Counted from the first letter of the stretch, positions 35,699-48,700 are shown. The stretch: 64,000 bases of DNA from Obrimoposthia wandeli (GCA_977020255.1 CDROCS010001915.1:124001-188000), one strand, 5' to 3'. A program made the numbers and translations. Notes: generated by a model not told the origin, from the letters alone.

Positions 35699-36191
35699 TG
35701 CGGCCTACGTAGTGACTTTTCATACTTTGACAAACAACAGACTTCTGCACACTTTCCTTCTTGCTTGTAGATTTTTCTTGTTTACTTAAATAAATGTCTG
35801 TTTTATTTTAATTTAAACTATATCAACAGCCCTTAAACGTTTTGTAGCTGTTTGTAGGTATTTTTCTTCTTTTTGAGACAACGATAACAAATTTACCATA
35901 CCTTATTCTCCTACGGTTTGCTCATTTTATCTTTTCCAGCTTATGATTCCAGTTTCAGATAACCTTTTTAATCATTTCTGTAACATAAACCCATACGTTA
36001 GTTTTTCCTTATTGTTAATATTCCTTACTCTTATGATCGTCGTTTATAACATATCAACAAACCACTCTATATCCCCACAAACATCATATTTGTTGATAAT
36101 TAGCATTTCAGTATCCTCAACCTTTCCTCTAAAACTTATCTTGATCTCTTCTTATTGACCTTCCCGACTCGCCATGCTCGGAATATATGTC

Positions 36192-36300
36192 AGTAGGTGG
36201 ATTTATTCCGTCTAATTTCTGATCATCTGAGGAGAGGTAGGCCTGCTGATATTCTTTAAAACCATGCATGTGTATGGAGGGAAATTTTGCGCATGTGTCG
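36192..36300 (+). mobile_element. Maverick-type terminal inverted repeat, left-end orientation
   Basis: agtaggtggatttattccgtctaat...tctttaaaaccatgcatgtg..gaaatttt, a diverged reverse complement of 35590..35698. Confidence 0.65.
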
Positions 36301-37300
36301 GAATTTAGTGTATTTTTTACTTGAATAAATTCAATACATGTAGAAATATAAAAGTGAAAGAAACATAAAATCAAATATAAAGTAACTCAGAAGGAAATAA
36401 ATAGTCCAAACATTGGGATATGGGTACGTTAAATCTTTTACATAGGTTAGCTTAGTTCCAATTTCATCCCTTCATAAATCTTATTGGTTGATATAACTAA
36501 ATCAATGAATTTGATTACACCAAATACATTTTTAAAAATACATTTGATTGGAAAAAATATGTTTACTCCGCTATGTGTTGATGTTTTTTTTCAGTGGAAA
36601 GTAATTGGGATTGAGAAATTTAGTCAAAGCAGCAAATCCTCTAAAAATTATAATGCAAGTATAAGTTATACTCAAAAAATGGTGCATAGAAATGGAAAAT
36701 TCCTTACTTAGCCAAAGTCCATTATATATCTAATTATATTGAAAGACGCTTTATTTTCAATTTATAAAAATATATATTTGTAATTAATTGTAAGTAATAT
36801 CAAATTGTATTAATCGAATTAATATTGTCCAAATTGTTCTCAGATCTTCTATAAAAATCAAATTGTTTTCAGTAAAACCTTTTTTTGTGTTTACTTGCAG
36901 ACAAATGCAGTTTTTATAATATCCAATAGTGAGAGAGGAAGAGGATCAGCAGAAGAATTTCGCTGTTGGCATGCATACACATAATAGTCCGAACATATTG
37001 ATTGATAGCAGCAGCCAAATTCAAAGGGAGACGACTGTACTGTTAAATGCAGCCGGGAAAATGTCACAGCCATTGGCAGTTTGTTATTTGGATCGCCCTT
37101 CGATATGGGTTGTCCTCATCAGCCCGCTGCCAACTGAATATGCTGCGAGCGTTCCCGAACAGTTTGGATAGTCGCTGCTCGAGAGGATGATTGAGGAGGA
37201 TGATGGAGAGAACCAATTCTGCTGGGAGGTGTTTAGAGCTGTGCGGTAATTATTTTTGTGATAAAATAGATAACAATCTCTTTTGTCAACTACTTTTTTC

Positions 37301-37356
37301 GCCGCGTTCCTGACGAGCCCGGCAGGGCGAAACGGGGTTTTTACCCCGTCAGAGGC
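37301..37356 (+). ncRNA. Type I hammerhead ribozyme, second copy
   Basis: CTGACGA / GCCC-GGCA-GGGC / GAA / ACGGGGT-TTTT-ACCCCGT / C, predicted cleavage after 37350. Stem I is weak or bulged. Confidence 0.82.
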
Positions 37357-37557
37357 TAAAATGGAATTTCTCCCTAATTGTGGGCACTTTAGATTACTTT
37401 TTTAAATGTCAATTTAAATTGACTAATTTATAAAATTCTAAACTCAACATATTTATTATTTCGACCAATAGAATAAAGTATAAATAATAAAAGCGTCTGC
37501 AATATTTACTTGACATTTTATTTGTGTTGTATTTTTCATAAACCCAAATCACAAATA

Positions 37558-38484
37558 ATGAATATGACAAGAGAAGATTGTAGCATTTGTATTGAGCCTA
37601 TTGAGTCAGAAGATTACTATGATACAAGCTGTAGCCACAGCTTCCACAAACTGTGCATAGTCACATGGTAGGTCAAGACTGACACTTGTCCATATTGCCG
37701 GACAGTTTTAGAACACGTCTTCGTGACTGAGAATGGAAAGCAACGTAAAATTTGCTTGTTCATCTTACTACAAGAGAAAAAAGAAGAGAAATGTCGGGAA
37801 CTTATCAATGAGTTAAATGAAGGCATCAAAGAGTTATTGGATTGTCTGGGAGAAGCTCTACAAGCGTACTCGAGTCTTTTGGTTATCGAAGACGTTGAAC
37901 GACAGCGCAAAATTAACGGATTCAATGATATTTTGGACAAATGGCTTGAAAATATGATACTGTTTAGAAATTCATTTGAGGAACATGGCGATGAAATCCC
38001 CGAGGTAATGGAAACATATCTAGATTCAGAACTTGGACAATATGACAATGTTTTGAATGATATTGGTCTAGAATTAGAAGCAATTGAGTGTCTTTATGAG
38101 TCGTTAAACGACACCTGCGGGATGGCCGAGGCGACGTTCGAGAGTCAACAAGATGCTCATACGTACTTGAGCATTCTTAATTATATTCGAAAGGTCACAA
38201 ACACTTGTGAACCAGAAATTCAAGATTTAATGCAAACGCTCAGAGGTGGTTTATTAACAAGAAACTTGCCATTAAATTTAACTTCAGCGACGAAAAATAA
38301 TCTCTTCGACTGTTCCAGAGTGGACCTCTGTATTTGCTGCAAGAAGCAGCTATTAAAAGAGGCTCCAAACGAAGAGATAAATGGCTGTGAACACTCGCTA
38401 TGTTCTGCATGCTTCAACAAAAATATTTATCCAGATCTGACAATCCGCTGCCCATGCCAGGAATCCCAGAGTATTCCAATCTGA
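37558..38484 (+). pseudogene. Double-RING protein (N-terminal RING-H2, helical middle, C-terminal RING) with one in-frame TAG
   Basis: CSICIEP..YDTSCSHSFHKLCIVTW*VKTDTCPYCR is in frame with the 253-aa ORF ending CICC..GCEHSLCSAC..IRCPC. TAG at 37669..37671. Confidence 0.8.
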
Positions 38485-39069
38485 GGCATTTGTAATATAT
38501 TGTTTAGTAAAGATTCTAGTATCTCTTCTTTGAAAGGTTTTAATAATATCATATTTAACGAGGAAATGATATCAAGTGTATTCATTTAATAAAAAAAACG
38601 ATTAAGAACCAATTTTCCTTTCATATATCCAACCACTTTAAATTAACGATTCTCAATCTAATGACATATAATAATTTTAAATAATAAAAAAAACGAGTTT
38701 ATTTAGAATACTGTAGTAAAAATGTATCATACATGATAGAAATGTACGAGATGAGTAGTCCCTGTATATGGTAGATACATATTTATAATAAATAACAAGG
38801 AGATAAAAGAGCTGTGGTTCTACAATAAATTCTCCAAGTATTACTAATTTAAATATTATATATTAACTTAATCAACATCTTTGTCAAAAGACCTGTTTAT
38901 CATTGCTTTAAATTTAAATGTCAATTATTTGAGACGTGAACAGCTCAAACAAACAAAATCTAATACATACACAGTATTTTTTTATCTTCAAAGGATAAAA
39001 ACTTCGAAGAAAAACATTTGAATTAACCTAACAGTGACAAGTTTAAACAAATAAATAAAATTATATTGT

Positions 39070-39414
39070 GTGACACTTTCAAGAAATACTGATTATCGCG
39101 AAACATATAAAACAGATTTCGAAGGTAACGCTTATGCTTTGGCTTATACGCAATCTATTATTCGGAATTTGGGCCAACTAGATAAAAATATAAACAATGG
39201 TATTTTTTTCACTGAGTTTAAAAGTAGCTGCCCGTTCTTCACATTTGTTTTGTCACCAGACTTTGATATAAACCTATGCCAACTACCAAAGGATGGAAAT
39301 TTACGTCTAGAAATTAAGTTCAATGCAGCTTTAACACATCCAACTACGATGCTTATTTACGGAGTGTTTGATTCGGAAATACAAATCAATAAAAACAGAA
39401 CTGTCATATTATAG
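39070..39414 (+). pseudogene. Maverick major capsid protein C-terminal fragment, second lineage
   Basis: FTFVLSPDFDINLCQLPKDGNLRLEIKFNAALTHPTTMLIYGVFDSEIQINKNRTVIL, a diverged homologue of 14489..15031. Confidence 0.82.
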
Positions 39415-39415
39415 A

Positions 39416-39700
39416 ATGAAGTAAGACATATATTAAATTTATATTTATTAATATTTATTTAGTTCAGTACAAGTACTAGAATCAGTAGAGACGGTCCTGG
39501 GTGATAATTTCAAAGGAGTTTATCCTATTGATATGATTCCATTTTTTCAATCTGGAGGTTACATTATCAATACTCATACTTCGAATTTACCGGAGAACAT
39601 TGGATAGCTATTTATGTTAGAGAGTGGACAATACATGTATTTGATCCACTTGCAATGTATTATCCACACAAACTTGTTTTGACTATTCAAAAAGGACAAA
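39416..39700 (+). pseudogene. Adenain-like protease 5' part with 42-nt intron, truncated
   Basis: ATG AA|gtaag..ttag|T gives MNSVQVLESVETVLGDNFKGVYPIDMIP..IINTHTSNLP(G)EHWIAIYV..VFDP. One frameshift; breaks off where PolB begins on the opposite strand. Confidence 0.8.
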
Positions 39701-41617
39701 AAGCGCTTGTCGTCATTACTACTCAAAGCGATTTTTGTTGATTTATGTGAATACAGTTGATGGGCTCTTGAAATAAATCTAGTTTGATCAACGCTTTCAA
39801 TACACCCACTATTATAAACTTTCCGGTAGGCCTCATGTGTAAGATTGTTTCTTCTCACACCCTTTGCTCTCATTGAACATGTATTATTAGATGCATGTAA
39901 ACTGTAGTATTTAGGGCGTAGGAAAATACAATCATCATACGAAACCAGTCCCTCGCTTTCATCCTTAAATTTCCCGATAATATCCTTTAAACTCATAGAA
40001 TGTAGAGGATGGTTAGCGGGATATTTATGGGTATCTAATAAGTTGTCCCTAAACATTGCCGGTAATAAATGATTATGTAAACTAACATTCCTGCATTCTA
40101 AAAAGAAAGAGTCAGTGTCCCCAGCTGCGATTTTGATCTCACAATTAAATTCTTGTCGGTATTTCTCCAATTCTATGTATTGAAGCTCATACATTCTGAG
40201 TTTAGAAATGTCTAAAACCGTTTGACCTATATAACTCGGTCGATCGAGACAAATACTCTGTTTTCCTAATAACACTGCTACCAAGTCATCTGCAATTGTA
40301 AAACTACACTTGAAGTTGTACTTGCTAGTATATGTTATTAGTTTACGCTAAACATTGCAAAACCGTAGACAAATACGTTTCCGCAAGTCCTCTACAGTTT
40401 TTCCAAAGAGGCTATTACTTTTTAACTTGTAAAAATCTCGATCGAATTTGCTAGTGGCCAAATTACGATTTCTAGAATTCTTCTCAATATAGTCTTTAAA
40501 CACAAAGTTTTTGACTGAAGCTTATAGCACGATGAATTTGAGTAACTTTCGCTCCCAACTTTAAGTAGAATTGAAGAAGCCGCCAATGCACAACATAATT
40601 CAACTTGTCTTCATTGGTTAACAATAATTTCTTAACCTTTGAATTAGGTGGGCATTGATGAACAGGCGCTACTGGAAGATCATCTAATTTATCATGCACA
40701 TTGGGAGGGATTTTTATGTCCACCTCAACCAAATAGCCGACGTCGGATGAAACTGTATCAATAGAATTCAGTATATGCATTTAAAGATAAATATTTCTCT
40801 GAAGTTTGAGGTATACATGAAATTTCCCAAGAGCTTAATGTACCCAACGCGTATTTAAGTATATGATGCAAATCATATCCTTTGAGGTTATGAAACACGA
40901 AGGGAATGCGTGTTTTTTTAGGTAGACGACGGCCAAGGTTACAGAGGTTGCACGCCGCTCCCAAGTATCGCCCCGTAACATGATCGTGATCTCTGACTAA
41001 CTTAGACTGGGTTCCACACAAATAACATAATCTACAAAAATTAAAATTAACCCAGTCTATGCCTGTCATGATCATTGCTTGATGAGCATTAAGATCATAC
41101 CACGGTTTGACAATTGTTGTTCCTAATTCTTCTAATTTTAACATAAAATCTAAAATGCAATTTGGACCGGAAAATTTATGATACTGTGTAATATTGGGGC
41201 CTAAGAATAGTTGTCCTGCCGAAGCCGGTAGACATTTTTAAACTGCACTGTAGTGCAAAATTGAACCTTAGCCTGTCCTAATTTAGTCACTTCTGATTTT
41301 AAAAGATTTTCAATATTTGAATCTACACCTACGTTTAATAAAATTTCATTTCCTAATGGCACCTTAACTATAACATATTTATTATTTAGGTGATACTCTA
41401 TAGTAGCACCGTTTTCTTTACGTTTTTTGGGTGGGACCTTATTAAGAAATTGGCCTCGCCTCTTTCTTCCGTTTGTCGCTGACAAACCTCCCCCTAATTG
41501 AACGGGAAGACAACTATTTATATTAGCAGTTGACACAAACGCAGCTGAGGTTGAAGGTGCTGCTATTGTTGATGCTGCCGATGTTGAGGCAACTGTAGCT
41601 GATGTTGAAGGGACCGC
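39690..41617 (-). pseudogene. Protein-primed DNA polymerase B, internally deleted and frameshifted
   Basis: N-terminus nearly identical to about 32540..32935, then RDHDHVTGRYLGAACNLCN (EndoVII-like insert), FHNLKGYD (ExoII), VEVDI, KLKSNSLFGK (motif B), GDTDS (motif C), KFKDE, LRPKYY and RAKGV. Confidence 0.92.
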
Positions 41618-41867
41618 TTTTTTTTGGCGATTTATTCTTGTTTATGTGGGCAAAGTCCGACTAATGCCTCTTCATATTGTAGAAATGAACCAATAGATCT
41701 GAAATCACAATTGAGATAGAATCTGTATATGAAACAGATGCCCGACACAAGAGGACAATATATTCATGGATATACAAGAATTCCTGTTTTTGTATTCTAA
41801 ATTTAGGCAGATCAATTAAAGTTGGTGATAAAAAATGAGCTCATGAAAATCATACAAGATTGAAGTA

Positions 41868-43129
41868 TTAGGTTGTTACATATGAAATGTCGTACTTTTA
41901 TATAAAAAATCAAAAGCTATTAACTTTCCAAAACTAAGTTTATTTAATCAAAATAAAAACCATAAGCATCAGTACATTGCTGCCTTTTATGCAAAAGTTG
42001 ATTTATATCATTTTGATAAAATAAAGAATCTCTGAAGGCCAAAAAGGCACTTTTGACAGACCTGTCGTCTCTGAACACTCTACCGTTGATAAATGTCTGT
42101 AAGTGATTGAAAAAATTATAATCTGTTGGTGCTAAGTCTGGAGAGTACAGAAGGAGAGGTAAGACTTCATATCGAAGTTGTTTAAGCTTTAAACTAGTAA
42201 CTTTAGAAATATGTGGTCTAGCATTGTCATGGAAAATAATAGGATATTTTCTATTAACTAATGAAAGCTGTTTAGTCAAAAAAATTCTATGCATTTCTTC
42301 TATTTCTACACAGTAATTTTCGGAATCAATAGTTTCACAAGAATTTATAAAGTTATAATGAACAATACCAGCTTCTGACCACCATACAGTAACCATTATC
42401 TTCTTATCGTGAACTTCAGGTTTTTGAAAGTGTTTAGGAGGTTCATTTTTATCAACCCATTGAGCCGAGCAACGTTGATTGTTATATTTAATCCACTTTT
42501 TGTTGCAGATTACATTTTGATTTAAAAAAGTTTCATCTCGTTGAAGCAAAGAAAAACAAATTTCATATCATCCTATGTTTTATTTTTCATTAAGTTTATA
42601 AGGAACCCATTTATCTAACTTTTTGACTTTTCCTATAGATTTTAGAGATATTGTCGCATTTGATACTTGTCAAACGTTAGTAAGTTCTTTGAGACTTTGG
42701 CGAGGATCACTCTATTAAGTCCTTCAAAAATGTGTCATCAACGACGGACTCCGGAAAGACTCGGTCCTCATTTCAAAGACTTGTATCTCCATCATTAATA
42801 TTTTTAAACCAACTTTGAAGGGTTCTAACGTTAGCTGTACTTTCTCTAAATGCATTATTTATATTTCTAGTTGAGTCAGAAGCATTATTACCTAGTTACC
42901 ATTCATAAAAAATAAATCGAACGAATATGAATGTTTTCCATGTTAAAATTCTATTTAACATAATGTCATTAATTTAAAATATTCTGAAATGAAACTTATA
43001 TATTTAAAAAGTTAAAATTTCATTGATATTAACTGATATCTTAAAACAAAAAATATGTTTCATTTTCAAAGAAAAATCTAAAGTTGAAAATGATATGTTA
43101 AAAATGTCATTTCATATGTAACAATCTAA
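41868..43129 (-). mobile_element. Mariner (DD34D) transposon, 1262 bp, decayed
   Basis: TIRs ttag(g/a)ttgttacatatgaaatg, TA TSD at 41866..41867 and 43130..43131. ORF 41944..42549 has WIKYNN, FHDNARPH and YSPDLAPTDY; the 5' part has stops and frameshifts. Confidence 0.93.
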
Positions 43130-45173
43130 TAGTATAATCTAAAGGGGTCATGCAATGAAATCTAATTTGTGTGAGAAAACAGTAAAACCGGGATGTTAGC
43201 AAACTTGCATTTTAAAGTATTTGAGTGACACTCCAATAATTTTTTGAAAAAATATTTTTTAGTAGCATTATGATGCAAAATAAAACCAGCATTAGTTTAA
43301 ATTTCATCATTAAATAATAAATGACGTAAATTGAAATCGCTAGAAAAGCTGATGATGCTGTTCAAAAGCGATTGACACATTGTAAATGCTAGATGTCGAG
43401 TGTGTTTTGAATAAGAGCTGGGTGGATATTTAAGGGAAAATGATATCAAAATTAGAGAGCTACTCAAGAAGTTTGAAACCAAAGCCTTGACTCTTGACTC
43501 AGAGACAATTCGTGAATTCACACAGCAAAACTCACAAAGTAAACAATTTGCAACAAATAAAGAAGTTATTCAACTTGGGAAAGACTATTTGGGAAATTAC
43601 TCTACGTTCTTCAAAAATATAACACTTTTAAAATATCAAACAAAGGTAGGCTTAAAAACGTTTGTATATTTAATATTTTAGGATATAAATATTTATTGTG
43701 ATACTTTTTTTTGGCAAAAATACGGTAGAAAAAGTAAATATAATAATTTATTAGTTTTAAAAATCTTCGAAATTTGTTTGTAAATTTTGATTACTCTGTT
43801 TTTTTCGCAAGTAAATTTAATTAAGTATATTTTCTAGTTCTATAAGCTTTTAACTACATTTTTAAAAAGTCCATTATTAATTTTTTTAAATATGTACCTC
43901 AATTTTTAAAATTGAATATGATTGAATTATGTAAAATTTTATTTGGAAAAAATGGTTTAGCAAAAAATTATTTCCACAAACATTAACTACCTTCCAATCA
44001 ATACAACAAGCTGTAAGTGAAAAAATAAACGTGAAGCGAACGATATCAAAATGTGTAATGTTAATTGGAAAGTAGTTAAATGCTGATGGAAGAAACTTCT
44101 ATAAAAAAATGGTTTTCACTCTAAATTGTCTCATAATTCAATTTTCAAATTTATAATATTTGTGAATATACAATTTTAAACATTTGTTGCCATCATTGGT
44201 GCTTTGATATTTGTCATTTTAAGAACGAACGTTCCTCATATTTGATGTCACAAGAAGTTTTTACATATCGTTAGTCTTGTTAAGATTAAGTTTTGACTAA
44301 ATTAAAATAATTAATCATTTTATACTAAATTAAAAATCCTTGAAAGCAAGGTTATAATTAAAATAAAATTAATTATGAAATTAAAATTATAAAAATAAAA
44401 CTATTGGGAAAATATTAGGACCACGAAGGTCATGTGTAAGCGTGTGTAGTATATATAGAAATTAAAATTAAAGCAAAAGGCCCCAAAGAAAGAAATTAAT
44501 TCAGAAAGAAAAATTCAATTAAAGGAAAAATCAAGAAGTTAAAGTTCTAATTAAGAAAATATTTAAGTCGTACATCAGAGTCCACTTACCGGAGTCCATT
44601 AGCGACTGACGAGAAGACAACGACCGAGCAGCAAGAGACGACAAATCCATTAGAAGTCTGGGAAATCAGCTGACGGAATCCAGCCACGAAGGTAGGAGCA
44701 CTTAGTTTAAGTGCAAGTGATTTATTTATTCTAGGAATCTGCGACAGGGAAAATTGAAACAACCTCACCTGCTGAGAGACATATAAAAGCCAGTAACGCT
44801 TTCCGAGGGACACAAAAAAGTGTTAAGATTAGGTTTTAAATTTAATTAAAATAATTAAACTATTTATATTGAAATAAAAATCCTTGAAAGCAAGGTTATA
44901 AATTAGGATAAATTAATTATAAGAATTAAATTCATAAAAATAAAAGTAGTGGGAAAATATTAAGATCACGAAGGTCATGTGTAAGCATGGGTTATATATA
45001 GGAGAGTTTAAATTATTAAAAGGCCCAAAAAATTACAATTACGAAGAAGCCCCAGAAACAGAATTATTAAGTGAAGAAGAATTCACCAAGTGACTCAATC
45101 AAGCCAGTGTCAACAAGAAGAAGAATTCGACTAGTGACTCATCTAGCAGTACGGAGCCAAGTCGTTGATTTAG

Positions 45174-45390
45174 CGGAATTCGCCGGATTCAAACCAGGGT
45201 AAGTGCACTTATATTAAGTGTAAGTAAACAACATTGTTTACAGAGCCAACAAGCTGAGCGACACTTATGGACAGAGCCGAATCGGAATTCGCCGGATCCA
45301 AACCAGAGTAAGTGCACTTATATTAAGTGTAAGTAAACAACATTGTTTACAGAGCCAACAAGCTGAGCGACACTTGTGGACAGAGCCGAA
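45174..45390. repeat. 109-bp direct repeat x2 in the nested LTR
   Basis: cggaattcgccggat at 45174 and 45283. Confidence 0.9.
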
Positions 45391-45472
45391 ACTCCGAACG
45401 TCACATTATTGACAAAGCCTGGGCCTATTGAAGAAGATGAGCTATATAAACCCAAGTGATTACTGATTTGTA

Positions 45473-45768
45473 GCAGTCATTATTGTGCCAGAAAGTTTGG
45501 AATCAGAAAGACTCGTGATCAAATCCGAGTGGCATTTTGTTGAAGAAAGTCTCGGCGATAGATTCCGAGCAGCAGTCATTATTGTGCCAGAAAGTTTGGA
45601 ATCAGAAAGACTTGTGATCAAATCCGAGTGGCATTTTGTTGAAGAAAGTCTCGGCGATAGATTCCGAGCCGCAGTCATTATTGTGCCAGAAAGTTTGGAA
45701 TCAGAAAGACTCGTGATCAAATCCGAGCGACGTTTTGTTGAAGAAAGTCTCGGCGATAGATTCCGAGC
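45473..45768. repeat. 99-bp tandem repeat x3 in the nested LTR
   Basis: gcagtcattattgtgcc at 45473, 45572 and 45671; produces 33-aa repeats in ORFs on both strands. Confidence 0.93.
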
Positions 45769-48700
45769 ACCCAAATCAAGAGAAGCAAACAGCGGAAACG
45801 AAGAAGAAGGCAGCACAACTAAAAACGAGGAGAGACCGTCAGAATCACCCAGAACGAGAACTGTACAGTGCGATCACAGCACGTCAAGAGTACCCAGCAG
45901 AGGATTCGACCGACATCTGAGGAGGCCAATCGAGACCGGACGCCAGATTATACGGAGGAGGTAAGGAACAAGCGCGGAAATAAAGTAGATTGATTTTAAG
46001 AGTAATTTTGAAAACCAATTGATTTTAAAAGTAATTTTGGAAAGCCGATTGATTCAATAGTAATTTTGAAAGCCGATTGATTTTAAGAATGATTTTGATT
46101 GATTTGAAGCCTCTATAAATTAGAGCAAGTTTTGATTTTGTGCAGTTACCAATATACTAGAAAGACTTTATAAACCTTCAACCCTAAAATTAAAATCGAT
46201 ACGTGGATCATCCCCACTTGTGTAGAGACTTACAGAAGTCTTAGGAATTTTATTGTAATTTTTAGAACGTACTTAGACGTGTCAATTTGTGTTAAATTAG
46301 TGTACTTAATAATAAACGATTTCCTACAACTAGAAAGCGTTGTTATAAACCCTTCAGATTAAGACAAAACAACAAACCTTCAGATAAGAATTGAGACAGG
46401 CAAGCATAACATTAAGTAGGCCACAACCATCTACAAGTCCTGCTTCTATAGAACTCACGTTGGGGCCCTCCACTAAAGAGGATCTATATTAGAACACAGT
46501 TTCATATAGAAACCCCAACAAAAGCACAGTATTGGAATTGCTCGAAGGGAAAAGAAATATTGTCAGCCGACATAAGAATATTAAATTTCGAGTCTGAGAC
46601 CGAATCCGGAGGCCAACTAAGAGCCGACATATTAAGAAGGAGAGCAGCCGACTCGCAGCACCTCACAGCCAACTCGCTGCGCCTCACAGCCAACTCACAG
46701 CGCCTCGCAGACAACTCGCAGCGCCTCGCAGCGCCTCACAGACAACTCGCAGCACCTCGCAGACACCAGTAGCCCAAATTAAAGGTATAGAATCACGGAG
46801 CGTTTTGGAAATATTCATATAATTTGCCCATTTATTGAAGTTATCGTTTTGGAAATATTCATATAATTTGCCCATTTATTGAAGTTATCGTTTTGGAAAT
46901 ATTCATATAATTGCCCATTTATTGAAGTTATAGTTTTGGAAATATTCATATAATTGCCCATTTATTGAAGTTATAGTTTTGGAAATATTCATATAATTTG
47001 CCCATTTATTGAAGTTATCGTTTTGGAAATATTCATATAATTTGCCCATTTATTGAAGTTATCGTTTTGGAAATATTCATATAATTGCCCATTTATTGAA
47101 GTTATCGTTTTGGAAATATTCATATAATTGCCCATTTATTGAAGTTATAGTTTTGGAAATATTCATATAATTTGCCCATTTATTGAAGTTATAGTTTTGG
47201 AAATATTCAAACGATTTGTCCATTTATTAATTTTATAATTTTGAAAGACTCTACAAATTAGAGCAAGTTTTCGGTTTGGTTATAGTTCCTAAGAAAAAGA
47301 AAGTTGTCCCTCTTAAGTAAGGAATTTGATTTGGAGAAGCAGATTGAGATAAAAGAGTTTGATTTGGGAAATCTCATTAAAACCAACCCTAAAATAAAAT
47401 CGATACGGGTTCATCCCCACTTGTGCAGAGACGTTGTAAAAGTCTTAGGAATAGTTTGTCATTTTTAGAACGTAATTAGAAGCGTTAACTTAGTGTGTTT
47501 AGTAATAAAAGATTTCCTACAACTAGACAGCGTTGTTATAGACCCTTCAAGTTTAGAAACAACAAACCTTCAGAAAAACTTAGAGACAAGTAAGCATAAC
47601 ATTAAGTAGGCCACAAACATCTGCAAGTCCTGCTTCTATAGAACTCACGTTGGGGCCCTCCATTCAGAGGTTCTATATTAGAAAAACAGTTTCATATAGA
47701 AACCCCAAGTCTCAATTTTGCAAAATTAACTTTATTTTCCAAGTTTTATGGTAAATTTGATAAATTTTTGACTTATCTCAGATTTTCAAGCCTGTCCAAT
47801 ACTGATAAGTTTAAAAAAACGAAATATGTCTGTTTGTGGCAAGTCCGTCTTCATAACCTTCGGGCTTGGAGGAATGAGTGGAGCTCAGGTTAGTGTGTTT
47901 CCGAATTCAGTCTACTAACAATTGTAAGAAGTGTAAGAAAGAATAATTATGAAATTAGAAACTGGGTAATTGATGGCAAGCTTGTGTGTAGGCAAAGTTG
48001 GATGTGAGCGAGAATGCTCTCATGAAGCGACAAAATCAGAATTAAAACTCAAAACCTGCAAAGATTCCTACGAAAATAAGTATTACCGGTATTCCATGAT
48101 TCTTAAATTTATTTAAAAATAATGGCGAATATGGGAAATTGATCGAATAAAATTTTATTCACAGAATTTACCAAGAAATGAATTTTGAGGCGAATAAAAT
48201 AAATTAGAAGGATACGACAATTGCGGGTTAGAGAGATTAAAACAACTCAAAACCGACAAAGATACTTTAGAAAATAAGTTGTCTTTACCGGTATTCTAGC
48301 ATTGAACTTGCAAATTCTTTGAATCGTAGACAGCCTCAACCATACCCTCAAACCTACTTACTTTTCAAAGCCCTTTCATCTACTGACGACCACACCCTTT
48401 TATGAGTGCTGCTTTATCATATAATCTCTCAAAACCTCTTAATTCTAAGCGTCTCCGACCACAAATCTTCAATTTTATCAGTAATGTGACAGTAACTCTA
48501 TGTTGCGTACACATGATTTAATACTAACCTAGAATCAACTCGGTTTTCTGGTCATGTAGTCGAATTCAGAAAGTAATTACATAGGGTTTGATTTAAAAGC
48601 AAACGACGAAAATCGCAACAATTTAATTTGATCAACAAATAATTTTTCATAATTTTATAATTTCTGAATGATATAATGAGCAATATATTTTCAATGGGAT

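Larger units (their letters stand above)
44821..46520 (+). mobile_element. Nested solo-LTR-like element, 1700 bp, TSD AAAG
   Basis: TG...CA termini; aaag at 44817..44820 and 46521..46524; the empty site cacaaaaaagcacag is present at about 1386..1400. Confidence 0.93.
44278..47708 (+). mobile_element. Solo-LTR-like element hosting a nested LTR, TSD (A)GTCT
   Basis: Starts tgttaagattaag, ends gaaacccca(a). agtct at 44273..44277 and 47708..47712. Confidence 0.8.

Noticed and set aside
37099-37122. Minus-strand CTGATGA...CGAA hammerhead candidate
   Set aside because: Stem II does not pair and the core reads GAAG rather than GAAA.
36890-37250. GC-richer segment before hammerhead 2 as the 3' end of a Penelope-like ORF
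   Set aside because: The ending EDDGENQFCWEVFRAVR* is only vaguely similar and no GIY-YIG motif was found.
38754-38776. AGTAGTccctg as a Maverick terminus (also reversed at about 15551..15573 and 16009..16031)
   Set aside because: Homology between the copies extends on both sides of the AGTAGT, and no TIR partner or TSD was found.
45460-45964. 159-aa and 118-aa repeat ORFs in the nested LTR
   Set aside because: Explained by a stop-free 99-bp tandem repeat; related LTRs have no equivalent ORF.
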